From Phoronis australis (taxonomy: Eukaryota > Animalia > Phoronida): DNA of 64,000 nucleotides. Location: assembly GCA_002633005.1 (NCBI GenBank), contig NMRA01000120.1, positions 807,940 through 871,939 on the forward strand, in the 5' to 3' direction. Positions within the stretch are counted from its first letter, which is position 1, and every line of letters begins with the position of its first letter. A model generated the notes under the pieces. It searched no databases. It was not told where the DNA came from and worked only from the letters and a program-made list of their open reading frames with translations. This document shows, piece after piece, positions 39,401 through 53,600 of this stretch. Both the position numbers and the translations under genes were made by a program.

Positions 39401-40649
39401 CTGTAATAAATAAACATTTTTGCAGTTGAAACAAAACTGATTTTACGACTCAGGAGAAAATCAGCAATAATCGACTGTGATATTTCACCTATCTCTGTGA
39501 CTAGAAATAATCATTTTTGAGATGCTGTGATTTTATCCACTGCGCTGACACAAATCGCTTGGACCTCTTTGTCGACCACACTGCATTTTCTACTGAAACT
39601 AACTCGCTTCGACTGGCAACTCCCCAATGGACCTTGTGTGACCATTAACTTTAGTTTAACGTAAAGCGTTCTTAATTAGAATTACACAATTGCCGCAAAT
39701 GAGTAACTCGAAGCATACACGGGTCACTGTAATGTCGAATAACAGTACTTCATCTTTTGCGATTTTCAATGTGACAAATCCGCATTTTAGTAATATAATA
39801 CTCTATGAATTCCCGTAAGCACTTTAATAAAATAAATGCATTATTTCCGAAACAAACATATATTTACGATCGCCTTGTATTTTTCCGTCTGGTGTCGCAA
39901 CTAGGTCGCTTGTACATAACGTTCACACATCTCTGTAATTTATTTGACTATCAGAAACACCGATACGTGTCTTTTTATACAAAATGTGTAATACGAATAA
40001 CCTTGAGAAAATGAATTACTACTATTAGGTACTTTTGTGCTACATGTGAACAGAAGGCACATTTGTAAAAAGATAACGTGTGTTATCTGATATTCGAACA
40101 ACTTCTAAAGAAATTTTGCTAAAATTGCCTTTAAAATGGATAATACTAGCGCAAGAGCCTGTTCAATTCAATCTAATAAGTAACGGTGTCAAAATTAGTA
40201 ACATAAAAAATTTGTCAGGCATGATCGTTGTGACGTTGTTCATTCACATGCGACATGTCATGCAAAGCCATAGAAATAGGGCGCTGTGGGCAATAATGAC
40301 ATTTGTACACACGTTTTCAACAATAAACGGCTATTTTTGAGGCATCAAAACAACACGACCCGAAAACATTTCAGTAGCAGTGGCATTCAAACGATAATTT
40401 TATCCAACAAAACTAAATGCCTATTCATAAAGTCAAAGGAACTTAAATTATCCCCCGTGTGGTTCCCCGTCACCAAGGCAATGTTTCCCCGAGCTGCCTA
40501 AGCGCGCCATTAGGCGCAGCTTCCCAATTAGGCCATGCTCTCAATTGCCGGGTTTTACGGTACGGCGTTACAGTAACACATTTGATACAAGAATTTCTAC
40601 AAAATTCGGATGTAGACGTAGTCTGAAGACGTACGCGCATTGTAATAAA

Positions 40650-40870
40650 ACATTATTAATAATAATGGTGATAGTAATAGTTATTATTAAATACCAATAA
40701 TAGTTATGAAAACATAATAGTCTGCTACAAAAAATAATAGTAATAAAACACGAAAATAATAGTTATCATTATCATAACTATTATGATTATTGTTATCGTT
40801 ATTGTTATTGTTTTTGATATTGTTATTATTATTATTATAGTAAAATTAGTATTATTAATAATAATTACAA
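40650..40870. repeat. (AAT)/(ATT) low-complexity tract
   Basis: Seen directly. Confidence 0.75.
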
Positions 40871-41633
40871 ACTCGATAACAATTTTATTAATACTCATAT
40901 GAAAAACGACAACTTCATCAATAAATGCATGTTCTTTATAAGTAATCGCGTCTGCTTTTTTTCAACATTTCAGAGTTATAAGGTGAGCTCGACTTTTCAA
41001 AGTAACTTAGGGTAAATTTACACTATGGTAATACGTTGAGATGTCTTCGAGTTTGCGGACTTATGTGTGAGACTTAATGTTATCTTAAGATATCGTGGCT
41101 TGGAGTTTGTCACACCAGATGTGATGCCACTGACGACCATTAGATTTTTCTCTAGCCTAGACGTAATTCCGAGTAAGGACACAGTGAGGCCGATTTTATA
41201 ACAACAACTCACTAATTGATCTAAAAAAGAAGACGAATAAGCCCCAATGTTGAATATTCGACATCAACAGTGACGGAAAGTGTGACGTCACCTTCTTGGG
41301 TTGGTCTACAAGATGCCGATATCTTGCTTATAACCCTTCACACTTCTTAATGGTAAATTACATTGAGCTCAAAGTTGTAACTGCAAAATGACAGCTTAAG
41401 CTCTTGTTTTAGACCACTTGTGGTTAATACGCTAATCTGTGTGGTTCACAGATCTTGTGACACGACCTTTTCAAAAGCTATATTTGTTGGATTTTGCCGA
41501 TTTGAAAAAAATGTTAGTAAAACTGTATATGAAATTGACATATTGTTTGACTCCAACATGGAGTAGTGACTAAGGGTGTAATGTAATCACATTCCGATCC
41601 TATTGCTTCCCAAGGGGAAGACGATTCTCTTTA

Positions 41634-41726
41634 AACACACACACACGCGCGCACACACAAACACACACACACAAACACAAACGCTCACGCACAGCATACA
41701 CACACAAACACACACAAACACACACA
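41634..41726. repeat. Imperfect (CA)n microsatellite
   Basis: Seen directly. Confidence 0.9.
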
Positions 41727-42469
41727 AGAGATTTGGTCAGAACTTATGTTTATTGGCAGCAACTAACAAAAAACTTTTGTCCTTCCATAGAAGAAAACTT
41801 GGAATGACATCCAAATTATTACGGAGCCTGTTGGCCCCGAGCCACAGTGGTATAGGAAAGATCAAACACCGGGGCCTAGGACTTATGGACCACGGGAACA
41901 TGGGTACAGAGGAACAATAGGCTTGGAAAACAACAGTCGTCTCTGGGAAAATTTAGACACTGGAATACCATTTGGAGAATATAGGTAACGAGAAATCCCG
42001 CTGTGGACCTGGAAAGCGCGACTCGAGGTTATTCAAGACTCTAGAAAAAAATATCTAAATTTTGCTAATTTCCGACGATCATGTCTCAGCAACGTCTGTT
42101 CGGATTAATATGAAACTTTCCGGCGTTATGCTTTATGCGCTGTTCTACAAAACGTTATACAGGGAATTGTTCTTAAAATGTTCCAATTTGGAGCAAGAGG
42201 ATATCAAAGGATATACATTTTGTGATTTTATGAAACTATTTGAAATTCCCATAAAACGAAAGCGAAAAGAAAATGATAAATTATAAACTGTAACAGCGTT
42301 TCTGAGATTAAATCATGTTCTTGAAATCGGTTTTTCCCTGTGAATGCAACTTTCATTCATTCGAAGATTGGACGCTTATATTATTCGCTTGTCATTCTGC
42401 CAATTACATTTTTCACATAGTAGTGAAGTTGTGAACTAAAGCACTCACTTGGCTCATATTGGTTAGAAA

Positions 42470-43325
42470 AGGTGTATATTAAGTTTTGTAAGCGTGTGCT
42501 GGGTGTTGCTAATTCATGTTCCAGCGATGCTGAACTGCGAGAATCTGGGAGGGTGCCGTTTTTTACTAAGCACTATGTTGCCGTGATCAAGTATTAGTTC
42601 AAACTACTCAAAATGCTTCCTCATTCTAACTCAGTGGCAGCTTACGAAAACTTGTATGACTTAGACCAAAATGGTTGGCATTCCCAAAATTGGGCCACAC
42701 CAGATAGACTTATTTTGTCAAATTATGGATTCCAAGAAGTTGGGTTAAATCAAGGCGTTGTGTGTGAAAATACGTTGCTGCTAATTTTTAGGCAGCAAAT
42801 ATGGGATTGTTATTTGCAGGGATGGAGAAAGAGCATAAGTTGAGAATAATCCTAAACTATGTTGTTATAATAAATCTAAAGAGGAATTTCAAGTTGGAAA
42901 CAATTTAAGTTTAAATATACCGCGTGCACAAATTATGTCCATGGCACGTTTTCTTTGTTTACAGCCACAGTTTCATGATTGAGGTAGGCAGGCACTTGAA
43001 TTTGGATAGGGAAAGAGAGTGCGTACCTTCTGCTCCAATGTTGTTGAAGACGAATACCATTTTCTTCTAAGCTGTGATATGTATTTTGAATTGAGAGAAA
43101 ATTATATTGAAGTGTATTACTGGAATTTTCCGTCTGTTTTCAAGTTCAATAGATTAATGTCAACAAGCGATGATGCTAAATTAGTTAACCTGTGCATATA
43201 TGTAGTTCACTCTTTTCGACCCCGTGATAGCTTGCTGCACTTTTAAGTATGTTGCATGTTGTTCTTTTGTACAGTGGGCCTATGGCCTTTATTGCAGAAA
43301 TAAATTGATTCATGATATTGATTGA
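42470..43325 (+). mobile_element. 3' fragment of a CR1/L2-group LINE (degenerate ORF2 C-terminus)
   Basis: NWAT...GF.EV..NQGV...D.YLQGW and VEDEYHFLLSC..Y.ELR motifs; ends in AATAAA plus a (TTGA)-like tail. Confidence 0.8.
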
Positions 43326-46300
43326 TTAAGTCGATTTGCCGAAGACGAGTAAAAGCCGATTAAATCGGGAGAGGTGAAAGTCTCAAGATCATCGGTTAAT
43401 AATTCTGGAAAAACTTGGTTTCGGTCAATATAACCTGTACACCCCTTAACCGCCTTCATTATTTCAACATTCACGTGCAATGTCATATGAATTTGACGTT
43501 CTCGTGCTCAATGTTTGTTTATTACAAAGTGTTTAATCAGCCGAGTCGATTCCAACTAGGTCTCGGGCAGACTTGGTCACGGGCGGAGTCATCCTATTAA
43601 ATGGGTCAAGGTGGTGCACTGTGGTCCACTTTAAATTATGTCAACAGTTCGTTGTTAGACACAGCTCGCGCTGGGAGACTATGAAACCCAAGTACGAAAT
43701 AGATAGAGAAATCGAGTAGGTGGTTAACGCACGTCCTGAGCATGAGATCAAAACAGTGAAATGTCAAATTACTCAAATTAAGGAATTTGGGTGGGGATTT
43801 TTCTCTTTTCGTGAACTCAAAACCACAGAGCTGTGAGGCTACTCATTACATTCGTTGTCAACGACCGTATGTATGCAGACATTCAACACCCTCAGGACCA
43901 AAACTACGTTTTCCGCGACATTTCTCTATCATATGCACATGCGTCGTTGACGCAATATTATGGCGACTCGGTCAATAAAAGGACTGAGGGTACGCACGGA
44001 GCTGCTCTGTGACAGCCCCCTAACATTTGAGCTCGGATAAGTAGTAAGCAAATTTCCACGCGGTTGTGCGATTCCAAGGTAATTCTGCTCAATCTTTTTT
44101 TTCTCGCTACGGGGTATTCGTGATTTCATAAGCACCTAAGAGAACTCCATAAATATTTTGACCCCACTCTAGAAATTTCTTGGAATTCACAGAATTGTTG
44201 AAAAAATCGATGGAACTTAGCTCTGTTCGATCTTACTGGTTACACTTATAAGTGATTATTCATTGCTTGGCAAGCATATCATTACAAACCTTCCTTACAC
44301 TTGCTACCTGTCTTGGGGCGGCTTTTCAAATAAAAACCGAAGCCTTGGCTGAAACTGATGGGGGTGTGTTTTTTCTTAAAGTTCGTTAGTGCAGGTCCTA
44401 AAATGACTCGCTGTACATGATTTTTAGTCCAAGTACTCGGAATTTCAACGTCTTGATAAAAGTCGAGTTTAACTTTTGATCCAAAGCTGTCGCCGTGAAC
44501 GAGAACATACTCACGTTGATCCACGTTGCAAAAAGTTCCCATTCTTTACATTCATGTGCCCCGTTGGAGTAATGCAGTAAATTACGCCGTGATCTCCGTC
44601 ATTCGATGTCTTTCATTTATAGACCACGTGCTGCATGGTATTATCACAAAAATTGCTATTCGTGTTCTTGAGTCACACGAGTCTTTTTTGGAGTGTTTTT
44701 GGATTTTTTCCTTTAACATATTATTTGCGATCATGCGGCTAACATTCAATGTTCCACAAAAAATGATTTCCATAAACGGGGGTCTAAAAAGCACCGTAAA
44801 AATATGATGAGAAACCATTATGATAAAAACAATCACAGTAAAAACAGTAGTCAAAAAGTAATGGAGAAAAAACAACAACAAACTTTCAGAGTAGTATGAA
44901 GTGAGCCTGTGAAAATAACTTAAAAAGAAACATTGACAGTCTCAAAATAGTAGAGAAGTCATTTTTCTTCGCTTTTCAAGTCTTCACAAGACATAATTAT
45001 CATCAATGTTACCACCACTGCCGACTGTTACAATTTTTCACATCTGTTGTGGTAGTTCAAGAGATCGTGGGTCAAACAAACGAATTTATTATATCACGCT
45101 TCTCTTGAAAAGAAATTTGTCTGTGGCACAGAACGCAAAAATCCAAGAAAAAATGAAAGAGTTTTTATCGAAATTACCTTTCCGCGCGACACCAGTGGTT
45201 GTTTCTAGTTTCAAGGGCTCCTTGATCCTGGTGGCCAGAGTACGCCTGCCTGTTCTCAACCACACGCTTTCTTGTAAGTAAACAATGAAAAACTTCTTCT
45301 GTCGCTTCATTACCATGCTCGCTAAAGGGAAATTGCCACAGCAATCTTCGAAACTGGCATTGGACCCGCGAATTTGATCATTAATGGCTGCAATTGATTG
45401 AACTCGCTGGATTTGCCAGGTCAAGCAGCGAAGCCGTCTGATTTGGCTGTAAATCGGAGTTGTCCTCCAAAACCTATCAGATGCCTTAGCCAGTGTAACC
45501 GGTAAAGTCAATCAAGCTAAAAATATTACCATCACAGAACAATGTTTTATCAGCGAGCTAGGGGCTAATTGTCACCTTGTGGATAACAAACTTCCGTAGT
45601 TTCTACTTGTCGGTAACTGAAATTGAACTGTATCACAGTAATGAATATTATGAAAACCGTTTTATGAGAGTACAACGCCTAATTTAATTTTCGTTTTTAG
45701 ACAGCTAAAAAGGCCGAAATACAGCTTTAATATTTTAATGTGATTCTTGGAGTTTTAGTGCATTTTTGAAATAATTCTCCCAAGAGTCTCCCGTTATTTC
45801 ATGTCTACTAGTATCTTCAAGTGTCTCCATAACCTGCAGTCGCAAGGCTATGTTTTAGCTTAAATGTGCAACTAGATGCCGCTTCAACCTATGAACGAAG
45901 TTGAACGGCATGTGCAGATTGTCCCATGAAATATTTCAACCGCGTGAATTTGTGCGATGCGACATCATTGGGCACGTGTACGTTTGTCTCGTTCTCTTAC
46001 TCAGCTTCCAGTAAAGTAGGGTGGGGTACGAACGTGTACGTGAGCGCTTTGCTTTTCAGTGGAGAAACATTATTGTGCTTGTGTATAAGGTGTTGAAACG
46101 TTCAATAAAATCTTTGGTTCCACAAGAAGAATTCGAAACGTTTTTAGCTTGAAACGTTCTAACTGAAGCAACTAGTTCTAAGCTTTTAAACATCTTAAAA
46201 CACTCTCCCTGCCTATCTCCCTTCCTCCGACCTGGCGTTTTTGCGTTGTTTTCGCGTTTATGGAGTGCACGCTGAGTCAACCAGCTTCATTGTACGCAGG

Positions 46301-47005
46301 AAATCATCATCAAGAACCAATAGCGATATTAATTATATCCACATAGCCCTATGAATCCGTGTGCGGTAACTGCGTGTAATGTTATTTCGTGTGAAAACAC
46401 AGGACAATATCAAAAACCGCGGCCTGTGAAGTGCAAAGGCTTTGACTAAATTAAGTTACGTCAGCTGTATGAGATGGGCGAGGAAGGCAATCACTTTTCA
46501 AATACCAAGAATTTAGTGCCACACTTGGGTCGATAAAGCTTGCATTTTATGAAACAGAAACAGCGAATAGCATCTCATAATTCAACATTTCTACTTCAAA
46601 AATCAATCACCGTCAGTTTTGCTAGGGCACACTAGTTAACTACCGGTTGAAAATACTCAAGAAACACTTTGCCTTCACTCGTGTAATTTGGTGTGGTTTT
46701 GCGTCATCTTGAGTTTTGCGAGCTTTTTGCGTGTTCCATAAACCAAATTATTTTACGAGTGCTTTCTGCTTCCTGCATTAACTGTATAGCTCAAAGCTTT
46801 ACGAAAATAGACCGCATTACCCTGTAATGGTTACTACTTCGCATACTCTCTTGTTTACAAGTTCAACGGTAAGAGCCGTACGACAAAAGCACTTTAAAGC
46901 ATCCATTTCATATATTTGGGGAAGCTTTACTGGGCGTCAGGGGTAAAGGTTTGGCACTCGAAAGGCAATGCGCAAAAGCGTTACGAATTTACTCAGTGAA
47001 CATGG

Positions 47006-47637
47006 TCAGAAGTCATTCAATTCGATTCTGTAAGGAAGTGTAACTCTAGATCCCCTTCTTTCATTCTCTTGGAGAATTTGTGTATTCTGCTCTTCCACAG
47101 TTGGCTTCTTCAGCGTTTCCACCCGACCACCAAACAAATCGTATGTGTCCTCATCTAGCTCGTTGACGTTGTACAGCAGTTTGCCTTTGTCTAACTGTCT
47201 TGAGTAAGGGCCAATTTTGCCGACATCTATCGACGCACGTCTCTTGAAGTCTGGCTCCTCATCCGATGCTCCTAATTGCAAGACGTCTGAAGAGTCGGCT
47301 CGTTCGTGGCTACTTCCGGTTGCCTCGCTCTCTGAATGATCGCCATTGCTGTCACTTCTTGAGTAATCCTCGTCAGTGAGCGTGGAAGAAATCACTTCGT
47401 TTTCTTCAGACGTTTCACTGTGGAAGGTAACGTCAGAGCCATCTGCCTCTACCATAAGACGTCGATTTCGTCTTCTGTGCCAACAGTATAGCAAAAGCAG
47501 CAGTGTCAGGACGAGGCATATGATTACAATTATCGTTATTATCCACTCGATACTTAGTACTTCCCCAACAACTTTGCTTTGATCAAGGCCTTCGGGATTT
47601 CCTGTGCCGTTTTTCATTCCGAGGCTGTTATTGGAGG
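47006..47637 (-). CDS. Gene A terminal exon: juxtamembrane, TM helix and acidic cytoplasmic tail of about 155 aa
   Basis: ttcctag|CC phase 1; WIITIIVIICLVLTLLLLLYCW followed by the basic stop-transfer HRRRNRR; TGA at 47008-47006. Confidence 0.9.
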
Positions 47638-50600
47638 CTAGGAATAACACCAGACATAAATGTGAAAAAATATGACAGCTGGAATATCGCTCTCATAAGA
47701 ATTAGCAATGTTTGGCAGAAATTTAATGACCACTCCTGTTTAGAACTTTAAAATTATCAATTGGCTCTCAGATATAAAAAGCGAAGTAACGAATACTTTA
47801 AAGTGGTGATCAATTGACTTCGTAACCGATAGCGATTATTGATGCGTGGGCATGATAACAGACTTTTGGGATACAAATCTTATTCAGATTCCAGAAGGTG
47901 TGACACAGGCGATCGTCTGGTAAGCTAGCCGTTGTGGCTAGGTTTTGACTATTTACTCATATCTATGCTTAACTAAACATTTGACTGTTTGAAGTAGTTC
48001 TAAAATGAAGTATTTTGTGTATATCTTAGGTCTTTGTCTGCTGCCTGTGCTGCTCGGGATGTCCACTAACAAACAATCTATTGTGCAAATGACATCTCTT
48101 GAGATCTATAAAAATGCGTGGGTTCCGGTATAAAGCACATGACAGAACACGGTAACACTTGTTCTGAGAAAGGTTATATAGCAATTTTTCTGTCATCCGT
48201 ACACTTTGCTTCAAATTCCAAGAAAAAATGAATTCGACATCTAATTAAGCTTGCTCGGAGACTAGACGATGGACATTATAATTCATCCAGATGAAAAGCT
48301 AGATAGGAAAAAATATCAAACACAACTTTTTTTACAATCTGTAACATGGGCGGCGTACCATAAGAGGCTGGGGGGATATACCACCCCCACACATTTAATT
48401 CAGTGCTGAGCCGACCATGTGTCAAGCAGTTTTCACGACGTTGCCGAGCAATTTCCTCTTTTGCTGCGTGGGTAGACATATCCTCCAGCAGATTTTCATG
48501 GCCTCCTAATATAATTTTGTTGGCGCTGTATGCTGCCTTTAAAGCCAATGGAACTTGCGAAAGTGCAGAACTATTGCATATAGTTGCCTCTTTAACCATT
48601 GTTGTGTATGTGAATATTGAATATTGTATACATTTTCCAATAGTAATTTGTCTTATAAGATGTGTCATTTCTCGCAAATAACATGGGCGAAAATCAATGA
48701 TTAGTGAGTGAATAATGTTTTGCTTTAGCGTGATCACCATGCGTTCCATCTATTGGTTAGTCTGGTCTCTGACTTCAGCATTTTCAGTGTCGCAACGGTA
48801 AGTCAGACATGTTCAGTGTCGCAACGGTAAGTCAGACATGTTCAGTGTCGCAACGGTAAGTCAGACATGTTCAGTGTCGCAACGGTAAGTCATACATGTT
48901 CAGTGTCGCAACCGTAAGTCAGACATGTTTAGTGTCGCAACCGTAAGTCAGACATGTAGCCATGATTTCCGCGCATAAGATAAACAAGTATGGTAACAGT
49001 GGGTCTGCCTGGCGACACCCGAGTCCAATTTTGAAATAATCTGTTAAACCATGTTCAATTGCATATCAATGTGCACCAGTGTTCAATAAACGAGCCCAAT
49101 CAATGAATTGGTTACCAAAATTGAAGAAAGGTAGACGGTACGGAATCGAACGCTTTTTCAAAATCGACGAGTACTAGAAGAGATGGAATATTGTTCTCGT
49201 GTTTTCACCAATAAAATGGCCACTCTTAAATGTTTTCTGATTTTTATGAATTATTTTATCTAAAACAGACTTGATACGTTTTGCGATACCACCTGAAAGA
49301 ATTTTATACGACTATTTAACAGATGGGTCTGCAATTACTCATTACTTCCCTGGATTATTTCCTTTAGGAATAATTGATATTGCGCCTTGATGTTGACTTG
49401 CAGACAATTTTTTGCTTCGAAAGTTATTGTTAAAAGAACACATTAAAAAAACAGAAATATCGTGTCAAAAAAATTCAGCAGTGAAGCCATAGGGGACAGG
49501 CGTTTTATCATGTTTCATATTCTTCACAACAGACAATGCTTCAGCCAGTAAAATTTCGCCCTCAAGTTTTGAACACGCTTCTTCACTTAAAGTAGAAATA
49601 TTTTGGAGGTTTATTAATGTCGGTAAATAAATATCCCTCAATAACTTATCATTACTTGAATATAATATTTTATAAAAATTATTTCAGCCAAAAGTTTTGC
49701 CTGGTCTTTAATAGTCCGTTGATTTGAAACAATTAATTTTGAAATATTGTTATTCAAATAATTACGTTTTTCCAGGTTTGCGAAATATTTCGTTGGATTT
49801 TCACGATGTTAAAGACATCTTTCACGGGTTCTGACTACATAGCCTTTCATAAATTCACCTCGAATAGTCTCCAATTCCGCTGACAATTCTAAAATCTCAT
49901 GAAAAACACTTCCCGTTTTCTCGTCATGGCGACAGCAAATTTGGCAGTGACGTGCTTTTAAACTGACAAGCGTTATTGTAGGCATTAAGTGCGCATTAAC
50001 TTAGTATAAAACGGCAGGTTTGAACGTATAATAATATATAAGTGTTTACCGTTGTCAGTGCATGGACTCAGTGCAGGTTCCCATGAGCTGTAACTTCTAG
50101 CACTAGGATTAGAACATGTGAAGGCCTTTGATGACGTTCCATCAGCGAAGACTTTACTATCGATGCACTCAAGTGTTACTGGCTGGCCTTTGTTTACACT
50201 CGTCGGCTGATTTCCACTCACAATCCCCTTAGTTTTCAACTTCGCGTTTAATTTTGCTAAAGCAAGTTCGCACGAAGGCACGCCTAAACAAAAGATTATC
50301 ATCACTACGTGACTATGAAACGTATTTTCCATCCTTTTAAGCGGGTTCGGCACACTTTGTCAATAAGTCGCGAAGCAGTGGTCGTTATTATGACGTTGGT
50401 TCATTAATAATACAATTGAATGTCGCTTTTTCACCCAAATGACATATTATTCAACATGTTGATTTCCAGTTGTGTTTTATTAGTTTGACGTTAAATTATG
50501 CCAAATTTCACAATGGCGTCATGTTAAACATGAGAATAGGCAAACTGAATGTGGACAGTAAGTGTGATTTAATTAGTGGTAAAATGGCGCATTTCAACTG

Positions 50601-53600
50601 ATTAAAAAAATTGTCACCGTTGTCATTGCATGAACTCAGTGCAGGGTCCCATGAGCTGTGACTTTTAGCACTAGGATTAGAGCATGTAAAGGCCTTAGAT
50701 GAAGTTCCATCAGCGAAGACTTTATTATCGATGCATTCAAGTGTTACTGATTGGCCCTTGCTGACAGCCGTCGGCTGATTTCCCCTCACAACCGCCTTGG
50801 TTTTCAACTTCGCGTTTAATTTCGCATAGGGTAGTTCGCATGAAGACACACCTGAATAAAATGTTTATTACCATCATCGCTTCGATTCTGTATTCGTCAT
50901 CCTTTAAGGGGGTTTAGCCAGTTTCCCAATAACCCAAGAAGCAACATTGACTAATTCAGAAAACAGTTTAATGATCAAAAAACGTACTCGATTTGAAGCT
51001 TGCGTTGATTTTGATTTCCACTTTTTGTTAATGTACTTGAGTTTCTGCTATTATGACGTTAAATAATAGCGCGCGACATCAAAATTTACAATGATACCCT
51101 TTTTAGAATGTCAAGCATTATTGTCAACATTAGGTGCGCATTAATTCGCCGTAAAACGGCAGGTTTGGACATGTTTAAGAAGTGTTTACCGTTGTCAGTG
51201 CACGAACTCAGTGCAGGGTCCCATGAGCTGTAACTTCTAGCACTAGGATTAGAGCATGTGAACGCCTTTGATGACGTTCCATCAGTGAAGACTTTATTAT
51301 CGATGCATTCAAGTGTTACTGACTTGCCCTTGCTGACAGTCGTCGGCTCATTTCCACTCACAACCGCCTTGGTTTTCAACTTCGCGTCTAATTTTGCTAA
51401 AGCAAGTTCGCACGAAGGCACACCTAAATAAAAAGATTACTATCACTATATGACTATGAAACGTATTTGCCATCCTTTTAAGCGGGTTCGGCACAGTTTG
51501 CCAATAAGTGCATGAAGCAGTGGTAGTTATTACGACGTTGGTTAATAAATAAAACAATTGAATGTTGCTTTTTCACTCAAATGACATATAATTCAACATG
51601 TTGATTTCCAGTTCTGTCTTTTTTGTCATTGTTTGGCGTTAAAATACACCAAAAATTCACAATGGCGTCATGTTAAACATGAGAATAGGCAAACTGGGTG
51701 TAAACGGTAAGTGTGGCTTAGTTATTGGTAAAACGGCGCATTTCAACTTATTAAAAAAATTGTCACCGTTGTCAGTGCACGAACTCAGTGCAGGTTCCCA
51801 TGAGTTGTAACTTCTAGCACTAGGATTAGAGCATGTGAAGACCTTCGATGACGTTCCATCAGCGAAGACGTTGCTATCGATGCACTCGAGTGTTACTGAG
51901 TGGTCCTTGTTGACAGTCGTCGGCTCATTTCCACTCACAACCGCCTTGGTTTTCAATTTTGCGTTTAATTTTGCTAAGACAAGTTCGCACGAAGGCACAC
52001 CTAAATAAAAAAATATTATCACTATACGACTATGAAACGTATTTCCCATCCTTTTAAGCGGGTTTGGCACAGTTTGTCAACAAGTCGTGAAGCAGTGGTC
52101 GTTATTACTACGTTGATTCATTAATTAAACATTTGAATGATTCATTCAAAGCACATATTACTCAACACGTTGATTTCCAGTTGGGTTTTATTAGATTGGC
52201 GTTAAATTATACCAAACTTCACACTGGCGTTAAGCATGACAATGGGCACACTGAGTGCAGACAGAAAGTGTGGCTTAATTAGTGGTAAAATGGCGCATTT
52301 CAACTGATTAAAAAATTGTCACCGTTGTCATTGCATGAACTCAGTGCAGGGTCCCATGAACTGTAACTTCTAGCACTAGGATTAGAGCATGTGAAGGCCT
52401 TCGATGACGTTCCATCAGCGAAGACTTTATTATCGATGCATTCAAGTGTTACTGACTGGCCCTTGCTGACAGTCGTCGGATGATTTCCAATCACAACCGC
52501 CTTGGTTTTCAACTTCGCGTTTAATTTTGCCAAGGGAAGTTCGCATGAAGGCAAACCTGAATAAAATGTTTATTACTATCATCACTTTGATTCTGTATTT
52601 GTCATCCTTTAAGGGAGTTTGGCCCAATTTGCCAATAAGCAGAGAAGCCGTTGGTTTGCAACATTGAATAATTCACAAAACAAATTACATATTTAATTTG
52701 AAATATGGGTTGATTTTGATTTACATTTTTTTGTTATTGTACTTTCGTTTTTTGAATGATAGCATTGACGTCATGTTGAACAAGAGAACAGGCAAACGTC
52801 ATTTAGACCTTAGGTGTGACTTGATTCGTAGTTAAACGTCATACGTGAAGATGTTTAAAATGTTGCTACTTTTGTCAGTGCACGGACCGAGTATAGGACT
52901 CCATGAGGTTGAAAAACTAGAACTATGAGTAGAACTAGAACATGTGAAGACCATTGATGTCTTTGCATTTCCGAAGTCTTTAATGCCAAAGCACTGAAGT
53001 GTGATAGACTGATCCCTTCTGACAGCCATCAGCTTATTTCCACTCACGACCGCCATAGTTTGCAACATTGTCGAGTCAAGTTCGCACGATGACACAACTG
53101 AATGAAGATGATTTTTAGTCATCATTTTGGCTCTGACACGTATTTGCCGAACTCTCTAAATAGAAAATCAGGACGCGGCTGAACCGTCGGTCACACACCA
53201 ACTGATCACCGTCCATCCTCGATTCCTTCCGGTGGTCATCTATCGCGAAAATGGTGATGGTTTTACTTTTTTCAATCGTGGTATCACCACCGTTACCATC
53301 ATTTGAGAAACTTTTGATGATTTCGAAAGTTGAAATCGTGCAGGTTTCTTGGGTCGTGGGAGCTTCAACATCGGGGGTTCCACCTTTACCTAGAGGATTG
53401 GAAAGTATGCTGTCAAGCAACAATTTTTCTTCTTCACGGAGGTGCAATTCGTCGAATAACCACAACCTTGAAGGTGGTATAATATAGGGAATGGAATCGT
53501 AGGTATATTTCGAATTCTGCTCCTACTGTTATCACGACAATGAGTCTGGGCAGGATCGCAATACCTGTGTGACTCTACCTTACACCCAAAAGCTAAGCCT

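Noticed and set aside
44282-45511. ORFs of 86-140 aa between genes A and B
   Set aside because: No recognisable motifs or consistent splice structure; I cannot support a gene here.
48783-48956. CRISPR-like array
   Set aside because: The 29-bp units are contiguous with no unique spacers, there are no cas genes, and the context is eukaryotic.
53115-53487. Overlapping 116-aa and 78-aa ORFs
   Set aside because: Partly homologous to the intron sequence upstream of other type A exons (55620-55860, 57110-57330), where the frame is not kept.
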